From an uncultured Aquimonas sp. (lineage in GTDB: Bacteria; Pseudomonadota; Gammaproteobacteria; Xanthomonadales; Xanthomonadaceae), in contig CAYRJS010000001.1 of assembly GCA_964424535.1 (NCBI GenBank), positions 15,882-52,312 of the forward strand: DNA of 36,431 nt, read 5' to 3'. The notes beneath the pieces were generated by a model, which saw only the letters and a program-made list of their open reading frames with translations, did no database searches and was not told where the DNA came from. The translations under genes and the position numbers were made by a program. Of the stretch, positions 29,152 to 36,431 are shown piece after piece; position 1 is the first letter of the stretch, and each line of letters begins with the position of its first letter.

Positions 29152-31989
29152 ATGGCGGATCTTGAAGCACAGGCACTGGAGCTGTTCGATCACTATGCCG
29201 ACATGGCAGCAGGTGTCCGCACGCGTCATCTGGAACGGTTGCGCCAGACCGACCCGGCCTTGCATGCCCATCTGCTTCGACTGCTGACCGCGGATGCGGC
29301 GACGGAGGCCCTGCTGGAATCACCACAGACGATCCTGGCGCACTACGCACCATTGCAGGAACAGGCGGAGACTGGCGATCCGCGCATCGGCACCTTGCTG
29401 GGACCGTGGCATCTCGATGCGGTGATCGGCGCAGGCGGCATGGGTCGGGTGTATCTGGCCCATCGTGCCGATGGCCAATACGCCCAGACCGTCGCCCTCA
29501 AGTGCATCCGTCGGGAAGCCACCACGCCGGTGCTGGCCGAAGTGCTGCGCAACGAGCGCGGCACCCTGGCCATGCTCGAACATCCCAATATCGCAACCTT
29601 GCTCGATGGCGGCGTAACCCCGGATGGTGACCCCTGGTTCGCCATGCAACGGGTTGAAGGTGAGGCCATCGACATCTGGTGCGACCGCAAGCAGCTCGAC
29701 CTGCGGGCGCGCATGCAGTTGTTTCTGCAACTGTGCGAGGGCCTGCGCTACGCCCACGGCAAGGGCGCTCTGCATGGCGATCTCAAACCCTCGAATGTCC
29801 TGGTCGATACATCCGGGCGCCCGGTGCTGCTGGATTTCGGTCTGTCCAGTCTGACCGCTCGCAGTCACGCCGATCCGGCCCGTTGCGTGGCGATGAGTCT
29901 GGGCTACACCGCGCCGGAAGTAGCCACGCAAGGCACCAGCGTGGCCTCGGACGTATACGCGCTGGGGGTGTTGCTGCGGGTGTTGCTGTGCGGCACGGGC
30001 GTACCTTCGAACCATCTTTTTGCGCTGGACACGCAAGCACCGTCTTTGCCCAGCCAGTCTGCCCGCCAAGGCCCGCAAGCCAGCGCCGAAGCACGCGCCA
30101 AGGCCGGTCCTGCGGCACTGGCCCGGGCTCTTGAAGGCGATCTTGATGCCATCGTTTGCGCGTGCCTGGCGCTGGATCCATCCGCACGTCCAGCCTCGGT
30201 CGCGCATCTGCAGGATGACCTGCGTGCCTGGCTGGCGCAGCGCCCGGTTTCGGTACGCAAGCCAAGCGCCGCCTACGTCCTGGGCCGGTTTCTACGTCGC
30301 AACCGGATCGGGGTGGCGATCGCCACCCTCGCCCTGATCGGAGTCACGCTCGGGATCGGCACCAGCCTGCACCTGTGGGATCGGGCATCCAGACACGAAC
30401 AAACCGCACACGCGATGCGTCACCTGTTCGAAAATTCCTTCGACGCCCTGGTCACCGGCGGCCTGGGCCAGTCACCACTGGTGCCAGCGGCCACCTTGCG
30501 CGATGCCGAAGCCAGCCTTCGGGGCAGTGATGCGACCGGGCATCTGGATCCTCGGGTCGCCGGCCTGGTACTGGAAACCCTGGCGCGCAGCTACACCACC
30601 CTGGGCGACTATGACCGGGCGGAAAATCTGCTGGATGAGGCGCAAGCACGCAGCGGCGATCTCGTCGATCAACAAGCCTCGTTGCAGGCCACGCGTGCGC
30701 ACCTGCTGAATATCCGCTCACGCTTTGACCAGGCGCGAGATGCGGTGGCGCTGGGCTTGGCCGGGTTGGAAGCAGTGCCGGACAGCGACCGGGAATACAC
30801 GCGCCTGGCGCTGGAAATGGAACTGGCGCGGGCGCAATGGGGCATGACGCAGATCGATGCCGGCAGAGCCACGTTGCGAGATGCCTTGGTACGGGCGGAA
30901 CGGCTGGCAGCGAACGACCCGCGACCACTGGCTTCGCTGCTGATCCAGGAAGGCCAATGGCTGCGCCTGTTCCAGCAGTACCAGGCCGCCATCGGCAATT
31001 ACGGCCGCGCCATCGAACTGGTCCAGACCCGGGCGCCCCTGATTGCCGATGAAGCCACGGTGGAACTGGTGGAAACCCTGCGCCAGCTCAGTCAGCACCG
31101 CCAGTCCGTGGAATTGGCCATGGCCTTGCTGGAACGGCGTCGCCATGTTCTGGGTGAGGACCACCCGGAAACCGGCCGTGCCTGGCGGGTATTGGGCGCC
31201 TCCCAGTTCTGGATGGGTGACCGCGACGGCGCCGCCACCTCGCTGGCCCGCAGCGAGGCCATCCTGCTGGCGAGCCTGGGTGAAAACCATGCGGAAACCG
31301 CGCGCGTACGTCTCGACCTTGGCCTGTTGCTGGCCTCGCGTGAACCTGACGGAGACGCCGACCGTCTCGTGCGTCCGGCCCTGGCCGTGATGGAGCGGGT
31401 ATACGGGCCCTATCATCTGGAAACATCGCGTGCGGTGGCGATCCTGGCGTCGGTGCTGGCGGTACGTGCTTCCGGGCGACCGGTCTCGGAAGGAGCCTGG
31501 GATGAAGTGATCGACCTGTTCGCCCGGCGCGTGGCGATCGACCACCATCAAGGCATTCCAGCTGAATACGATCAGGTCGCGCTGATCAAGGCCAAGCTGC
31601 GCCTGGGTCGGGTCGGCGAAGCCGAGCAGGAAGAACTGGAAGAGATCGTGGGCGCCCTGCGCGAGCGTTTTGGCAGCGCCCATGACACCGTGCACAACGC
31701 TCGTTTTGCCCTCGTGGAGGTCTATCGGGTGCGCCATCAGGATGAGCGTGCCGAGGCCTTGCTGGGCACCCTGCTGCGCGAAGCGGCAGCCATGTCACCC
31801 ACGCTGGGAACCCGGGGTACCAAGGTCGATGCCCACGAAATGCTGGGTGACATCCACTTCCAGCGCCGCCAGCAAGACCAGGCACGCATGCATTGGGAAC
31901 AGGCCTTGCTCGCCAGTGCCGAAGCCGGCTCGCCGGCCAGCCGCCGCGCCCGTATCGAGAACAAACTGGCGCGTCTGGACGGGCACTGA
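29152..31989 (+). CDS. Membrane Ser/Thr protein kinase (non-RD) with long TPR-like domain, STK-3
   Basis: GAGGMGRVY, VALK, HGDLKPSN, DFG, YTAPE, SDVYALG; transmembrane segment IGVAIATLALIGVTLGIGTSL; repeats LGEDHPET, LGENHAET, YGPYHLET, FGSAHDTV. Confidence 0.94.
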   Translation: MADLEAQALELFDHYADMAAGVRTRHLERLRQTDPALHAHLLRLLTADAATEALLESPQTILAHYAPLQEQAETGDPRIGTLLGPWHLDAVIGAGGMGRVYLAHRADGQYAQTVALKCIRREATTPVLAEVLRNERGTLAMLEHPNIATLLDGGVTPDGDPWFAMQRVEGEAIDIWCDRKQLDLRARMQLFLQLCEGLRYAHGKGALHGDLKPSNVLVDTSGRPVLLDFGLSSLTARSHADPARCVAMSLGYTAPEVATQGTSVASDVYALGVLLRVLLCGTGVPSNHLFALDTQAPSLPSQSARQGPQASAEARAKAGPAALARALEGDLDAIVCACLALDPSARPASVAHLQDDLRAWLAQRPVSVRKPSAAYVLGRFLRRNRIGVAIATLALIGVTLGIGTSLHLWDRASRHEQTAHAMRHLFENSFDALVTGGLGQSPLVPAATLRDAEASLRGSDATGHLDPRVAGLVLETLARSYTTLGDYDRAENLLDEAQARSGDLVDQQASLQATRAHLLNIRSRFDQARDAVALGLAGLEAVPDSDREYTRLALEMELARAQWGMTQIDAGRATLRDALVRAERLAANDPRPLASLLIQEGQWLRLFQQYQAAIGNYGRAIELVQTRAPLIADEATVELVETLRQLSQHRQSVELAMALLERRRHVLGEDHPETGRAWRVLGASQFWMGDRDGAATSLARSEAILLASLGENHAETARVRLDLGLLLASREPDGDADRLVRPALAVMERVYGPYHLETSRAVAILASVLAVRASGRPVSEGAWDEVIDLFARRVAIDHHQGIPAEYDQVALIKAKLRLGRVGEAEQEELEEIVGALRERFGSAHDTVHNARFALVEVYRVRHQDERAEALLGTLLREAAAMSPTLGTRGTKVDAHEMLGDIHFQRRQQDQARMHWEQALLASAEAGSPASRRARIENKLARLDGH

Positions 31990-32033
31990 CATCCAGAGCT
32001 TGCGACCCCATCCGCAACCAGACAGCACGGGTC

Positions 32034-32660
32034 TCAGCCAGCTCCGATCCCGCCCTCGTCCGATCCCAGCCGCGCCACCAGGAACGCGCGTGCCTTGCGC
32101 CAATCACGCGATACGGTGCGCTCGGTCACGCCCAGCACCTCGGCTGCCTCACGCTCACTCAAGCCGCCGAAATAACGCAACTCCACGACCCGGGCCAGGC
32201 GTTCGTCGATCCGGGCCAGACCGGTCAAGGCCTGGTCCAGGGTCAGCAACTGCTCCAGCCGCGTTTGCGCACCGGCATCCGCAGGTTCCTGGAACGCCAC
32301 CCGCTCGCCTTCGGCGTGTGCCTCGGACAACATGCGCCGGGTCTCGTCGATCAACACGAAACGCATGGCCCGGGCAATCAGGGACATCAGGTGACGGCGG
32401 CTTTCGACCTTGAATCGCGCCCCCGCCAGCTTGAGCCAGGTTTCGCTGATCAACGAGGTAGGCGAAAAGTTGGGACCCACCTGGCGCCGGATCTGTGAGC
32501 GCGCGATGCGGTGCAAGTCGCTGTACAGCAAAGCGTAAATCCGGTTCCAGGCTTCAGGTTGGCCGGCGTCCGCCAGCGCCAGCAAATGGGCAAATTCGGG
32601 CGATTCCACGGTTTCGGAAATCTCTGGCCGAAGTTCATCTGCATGCGTAAGCCCATTCAT
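32034..32660 (-). CDS. ECF sigma factor, kinase-associated type, ECF-3
   Basis: LYSDLHRIAR, FSPTSLISETWLKL, RAMRFVLIDETRR, VVELRYFGGLSEREAAEVLGVTERTVSRDWRKARAFL. Start uncertain (no clear RBS at ATG 32660). Confidence 0.92.
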   Translation of the reverse strand: MNGLTHADELRPEISETVESPEFAHLLALADAGQPEAWNRIYALLYSDLHRIARSQIRRQVGPNFSPTSLISETWLKLAGARFKVESRRHLMSLIARAMRFVLIDETRRMLSEAHAEGERVAFQEPADAGAQTRLEQLLTLDQALTGLARIDERLARVVELRYFGGLSEREAAEVLGVTERTVSRDWRKARAFLVARLGSDEGGIGAG

Positions 32661-32684
32661 GTCGGAATTTTCTGCCGAATCTCG
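32660..32684 (+). promoter_or_regulatory. Candidate ECF-type promoter for the hydrolase operon (TGTCGG-N14-TCTCG)
   Basis: TGTCGG AATTTTCTGCCGAA TCTCG, pointing at the amidase gene; same motif and spacing as 12973-12997. Confidence 0.45.
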
Positions 32685-32868
32685 AAACAGTGATCAAGAA
32701 GACCGGAATACGTCCGGCTTCGGGCACCCGAGGGGGCGGGTTGCCGGGATTGTCGCCAGCAAGCTTAGCAAGGTTCGAAAGGTCGCAAACGTCCCGGATG
32801 TGCGACCGCCGGACCATGCCGAGCCGGGTATGGCGACAGCTACGTTTGCAGTTCCTGGAGGGAAACTC

Positions 32869-35001
32869 ATGTTCATGTCCAAGCGATTGTTGTGCCTTTT
32901 GCTGGTGGGGAGCGTGTCGGCTGGAGGCTTGCAGGCCGCCACGCCAACAGGGGAATCGATGCCTGCGGAAAACGCCTCGCACGAGGTGCTGGAACAGGTA
33001 CGGGCCAAGGCGATGTTGCCTTTGGTCGTGGAACGCCAAAGCTACGAGGCCATGTTTGAACGCGCTTACCGCGCCTATCCGTCACTGCCGGCAGGTTCGC
33101 TGGAAGCCATTGCCTACGCCCAGACCGGCTGGCGCAACGTCGTACCGGCCGATGAAGACATCGGCCACGCCCATATGCCGCCGGCCTATGGCGTCATGGG
33201 CCTGTATCAGGGCCAGGGCTTTGATGATCAGGTGGCCGCAGGCGCACACCTGACCGGAATCGACAAGGCGCGCGTGGAGCGTGATCCGGAAGCCAATATC
33301 CTGGCCGCCGCAGCCTTGCTGGACCAGGCACTGACCCGTACCCGGGCGAGCAAAGACGGGCACGGCGAAGCAGCGGCGCTGGCTCTGGCCTTGCAGCGCT
33401 ACGCCGGCTTTGGCAAGGGCGATGGCAACATCCAGTCCTATGCCCGCGAAAGTTTCGCCTATGACGTCCTGCACACCTTGAGCAAGGGCATCCGTGAAGA
33501 CGGTGTGGTAGTACCACAACGGGTGGTGGATCTGGACAAGGCTTTCAGCCCGGAGCGCCTGAACCTGCTGCGGGCGCCCGAGCTGACCATGGACTTCGAT
33601 CTGGATTCGATCATCGCCGATGCGGCCACATCAGCATCGCCGGCACCTGCGGCGAAGGCCAACGGAACCACGGTCCAGACCAAGGCCGTCGACTTTGGCG
33701 AGGCCATCTGGAATCCCGCCAGCACCTCGAACTACAGCACTGCCGGCAACAGCACATCGGCGGTGATCCTGCACACCATGGAAGGCTCCTATGCCGGGGC
33801 CATCTCCTGGTTCAAGAACCCGTCGGCCCAGGTTTCAGCGCATTATCTTTTACGCAAATCCGACGGCCAGATCACCCAGATGGTGCGCGAAGTCCATCAG
33901 GCCTGGCATGCGGCCTACCACAACTACTACACCATCGGCCTGGAACACGACGGCTACGCCAGCGATCCGGGCAACTGGTCCAGTGCCATGATCAACGCTT
34001 CGGCCCGCCTGGTACGCAGCATCTGCGCCCGGCGCGGAATCAACTGTGCCACTGCCTGGAAGGGTCCAGGCTACAACTACTGGCACGTAGTCCCCGACAG
34101 CGTGCGCATCAAGGGTCACGGCATGCTGACCAGCAACCAGAACCGCTACGACCCGGGCCAGTATTTCCCGTGGGCCAACTACTACAGTTTGCTCAATGGC
34201 GGTGCTCCACCTTCACCCCCTGCCAGCACCAACTACTGGGTGGATACCTGGGCCAATGCCCCCGGTTACGCCTCAGCCACCAGCACGGCCCAGACCGGTA
34301 CCTTGTACCAGGGCACCAGCTATGTGTACTGCAAGACCTGGGGCCGGGAAGTGCGCAGCGGTTCCTCGTTCAACCACTGGTGGCTCAAGACCGATCTCGA
34401 TGTGGGTCCGGCCAACCAGTATGTCTCGGCCTATTACCTGAGCCGCTGGGGCAATGACGAGGCTCGTGACAACGATGGCTACGACCTGCCCCGTTGCGAA
34501 GTCCTGCCCTACGGCAAGATCGGGGAAAAGTGGTACGCCATGGGCGGTGTACGCAGCGTTCTGGGCGTGCCCACGCTGGTGGAAATGGCCGCCAACCAGG
34601 GTGGTCGCTTCCAGCAGTTCAACAACGGCATCATCCTCTGGCACGCCCGTACCGGTGCCTATGCGATCCGCGGCGCAATCCTGCAACGCTTCTGGGATAC
34701 CGGCAATGAAACACGCTGGGGCTTTGCCCTGATGGACGAGCGGGATGCCGCCAAGTCGCCAACGACCAACCAGCAGGGCCGTTACCAGTACTTCGAGAAT
34801 GGCCTGTTCCTGTGGACGCCTTCGACCAATGCCCACGCGGTATACGGGGCGATCCTGGCCCACTTCGAAAACAATGGTCGGGAAACCGTGTTCGGCTACC
34901 CCAAAGGTGAAGAAGAAGCCTGGGGCAGCAATGGCCGCAAGCAGGTGTTCGAGAAAGGCACCTTCTACTGGACCCCGCAGCAGGGCGTGAGCTTCCAGTA
35001 A
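32869..35001 (+). CDS. cwhA: Secreted N-acetylmuramoyl-L-alanine amidase (Amidase_2, CwhA-like) with N-terminal pro-like region, SH3-like domain and LGFP-like repeats, 710 aa
   Basis: GGAGGG RBS before ATG 32869; signal peptide MFMSKRLLCLLLVGSVSAGGLQA; catalytic region from 33685 AVDFGEAIWNPAS...VILHTMEG...SAHY...AWHA...IGLEHDG...KGHG...DPGQYFPW, which I recall as closely matching mature CwhA of Achromobacter lyticus/Lysobacter. Confidence 0.9.
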   Translation: MFMSKRLLCLLLVGSVSAGGLQAATPTGESMPAENASHEVLEQVRAKAMLPLVVERQSYEAMFERAYRAYPSLPAGSLEAIAYAQTGWRNVVPADEDIGHAHMPPAYGVMGLYQGQGFDDQVAAGAHLTGIDKARVERDPEANILAAAALLDQALTRTRASKDGHGEAAALALALQRYAGFGKGDGNIQSYARESFAYDVLHTLSKGIREDGVVVPQRVVDLDKAFSPERLNLLRAPELTMDFDLDSIIADAATSASPAPAAKANGTTVQTKAVDFGEAIWNPASTSNYSTAGNSTSAVILHTMEGSYAGAISWFKNPSAQVSAHYLLRKSDGQITQMVREVHQAWHAAYHNYYTIGLEHDGYASDPGNWSSAMINASARLVRSICARRGINCATAWKGPGYNYWHVVPDSVRIKGHGMLTSNQNRYDPGQYFPWANYYSLLNGGAPPSPPASTNYWVDTWANAPGYASATSTAQTGTLYQGTSYVYCKTWGREVRSGSSFNHWWLKTDLDVGPANQYVSAYYLSRWGNDEARDNDGYDLPRCEVLPYGKIGEKWYAMGGVRSVLGVPTLVEMAANQGGRFQQFNNGIILWHARTGAYAIRGAILQRFWDTGNETRWGFALMDERDAAKSPTTNQQGRYQYFENGLFLWTPSTNAHAVYGAILAHFENNGRETVFGYPKGEEEAWGSNGRKQVFEKGTFYWTPQQGVSFQ
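34233..34979 (+). repeat. 747-bp direct repeat, copy 1 (C-terminal module of the amidase)
   Basis: Line-by-line comparison with 35614-36360 showed no mismatch; alternative-frame ORFs in the track are also identical. Confidence 0.97.
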
Positions 35002-35009
35002 ACCGAACC

Positions 35010-35042
35010 CGGATGCTCTGGGGAGATTCTCCAGGGCATCCG
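35010..35042 (+). other. Intergenic stem-loop without U-tract
   Basis: CGGATGCTCTGGGGA-GAT-TCTCCAGGGCATCCG, 15 pairs including two G-U. Confidence 0.7.
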
Positions 35043-35086
35043 ATCCGAACGTGTCGTGCGTGATCTCGATCATCCAGGAGAAACCC

Positions 35087-36382
35087 ATGCTCATCCGCTT
35101 GATGAAACTCACCGTGTTGTTGCTGTGTGCCTGGGGCGTGTCGGCAACCGCCGCTCCCAACTTCAAGGCACCGTACCCCTGCGGCAAGACTTTTTCGTAT
35201 TTCCATCACTCCAGTGAAGTGCGCCAGGCACTGGATTTCACCGCGCCGGCAGGAACCCCGGTCCTGGCCTCAGCTGCCGGCACCGCGTATCGCTATTACG
35301 AGGCCGGCGGCGCCGGCAATTACATCGTCATCGACCACGGTGGTGGCTGGAAGACCTACTACTTCCATCTGTCGGCCTTTTCGGTCAACCACGGCAGCCA
35401 GGTTTCCCAGGGCCAGCAGGTCGGCATCACCGGCAATACCGGCAACAGTTTCGGTGCCCATATCCACTACGAGCAGTTGCTCAATGGCGTAGGCCAAGCC
35501 ATCCGCATCAACGGTCGCCTGCTGACACCGTATCCGGCCTATGCAGGCGTGGCCAACCTGAGCAGCGACAATGGCTGCAGCGGTGGTGGTTCGACCACAC
35601 CCGCCAACACCAGCTACTGGGTGGATACCTGGGCCAATGCCCCCGGTTACGCCTCAGCCACCAGCACGGCCCAGACCGGTACCTTGTACCAGGGCACCAG
35701 CTATGTGTACTGCAAGACCTGGGGCCGGGAAGTGCGCAGCGGTTCCTCGTTCAACCACTGGTGGCTCAAGACCGATCTCGATGTGGGTCCGGCCAACCAG
35801 TATGTCTCGGCCTATTACCTGAGCCGCTGGGGCAATGACGAGGCTCGTGACAACGATGGCTACGACCTGCCCCGTTGCGAAGTCCTGCCCTACGGCAAGA
35901 TCGGGGAAAAGTGGTACGCCATGGGCGGTGTACGCAGCGTTCTGGGCGTGCCCACGCTGGTGGAAATGGCCGCCAACCAGGGTGGTCGCTTCCAGCAGTT
36001 CAACAACGGCATCATCCTCTGGCACGCCCGTACCGGTGCCTATGCGATCCGCGGCGCAATCCTGCAACGCTTCTGGGATACCGGCAATGAAACACGCTGG
36101 GGCTTTGCCCTGATGGACGAGCGGGATGCCGCCAAGTCGCCAACGACCAACCAGCAGGGCCGTTACCAGTACTTCGAGAATGGCCTGTTCCTGTGGACGC
36201 CTTCGACCAATGCCCACGCGGTATACGGGGCGATCCTGGCCCACTTCGAAAACAATGGTCGGGAAACCGTGTTCGGCTACCCCAAAGGTGAAGAAGAAGC
36301 CTGGGGCAGCAATGGCCGCAAGCAGGTGTTCGAGAAAGGCACCTTCTACTGGACCCCGCAACAGGGCGTCTGGGTGCAGTAA
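35087..36382 (+). CDS. Secreted M23-family metallopeptidase with SH3-like domain and LGFP-like repeats, 431 aa
   Basis: CAGGAG RBS before ATG 35087; signal peptide MLIRLMKLTVLLLCAWGVSATA; ALDF...GTPVLASAAG...GNYIVIDHGGGWKTYYFHL...GNTGNSFGAHIHYE (HxH motif). Confidence 0.93.
   Translation: MLIRLMKLTVLLLCAWGVSATAAPNFKAPYPCGKTFSYFHHSSEVRQALDFTAPAGTPVLASAAGTAYRYYEAGGAGNYIVIDHGGGWKTYYFHLSAFSVNHGSQVSQGQQVGITGNTGNSFGAHIHYEQLLNGVGQAIRINGRLLTPYPAYAGVANLSSDNGCSGGGSTTPANTSYWVDTWANAPGYASATSTAQTGTLYQGTSYVYCKTWGREVRSGSSFNHWWLKTDLDVGPANQYVSAYYLSRWGNDEARDNDGYDLPRCEVLPYGKIGEKWYAMGGVRSVLGVPTLVEMAANQGGRFQQFNNGIILWHARTGAYAIRGAILQRFWDTGNETRWGFALMDERDAAKSPTTNQQGRYQYFENGLFLWTPSTNAHAVYGAILAHFENNGRETVFGYPKGEEEAWGSNGRKQVFEKGTFYWTPQQGVWVQ
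35614..36360 (+). repeat. 747-bp direct repeat, copy 2 (C-terminal module of the M23 peptidase)
   Basis: Identical to 34233-34979 (offset 1381 bp). Confidence 0.97.
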
Positions 36383-36397
36383 TTCATTGCAAGCATC

Positions 36398-36431
36398 AAG
36401 GGGCTTCGGGCAGATACCGAAGCCCCTTTTT
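36398..36431 (+). terminator. Intrinsic terminator after the M23 gene
   Basis: AAGGGGCTTCGG-GCAGATA-CCGAAGCCCCTT followed by a T-run reaching the window end. Confidence 0.92.

Noticed and set aside
28958..29353. N-terminal extension of the MerC ORF as called in the track (272 aa)
   Set aside because: It overlaps STK-3 on the opposite strand and spans the Zur-like box; MerC-like sequence begins only after ATG 28957.
32659..32868. 70-aa N-terminal extension of the amidase as called in the track
   Set aside because: The RBS and signal peptide point to ATG 32869; the extension covers the divergent promoter region.
34221..36369. The 747-bp repeat as a diversity-generating retroelement TR/VR pair
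   Set aside because: The copies are identical inside, the flanking AAC/AGC differences are reciprocal and not directional, and no reverse transcriptase is present in the window.

Overview
High-GC chromosomal window, probably from a Xanthomonadales/Lysobacterales-type gammaproteobacterium (inferred from purB, fumC, yajC-secD-secF, a Thx-type ribosomal protein and a CwhA-like amidase). Bases 1-12812 are one minus-strand ORF of more than 4,270 codons. It is absent from the supplied ORF track because its stop lies outside the window, and it encodes a giant exported protein of DUF11-like Ig repeats with beta-propellers inserted inside them. Three ECF sigma factor / membrane Ser/Thr kinase (TPR-like sensor) pairs are interspersed with housekeeping genes (purB, a MATE transporter, fumC, secDF-yajC, hutI, thx, and a MerC-family gene with a Zur-like box). 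At the right end, head-to-head with the third ECF, is a two-gene cell-wall hydrolase operon: a CwhA-like amidase and an M23 peptidase that share a 747-bp identical C-terminal module (SH3-like domain plus three LGFP-like repeats). The same candidate ECF promoter motif, TG[AT]CGG-N14-TCTCG, precedes both the giant gene and the hydrolase operon. The best candidate for an undescribed system is a kinase/ECF-controlled bacteriolytic module with two catalytic heads on one shared targeting tail. All family assignments are from motif reading and memory, not from searches.
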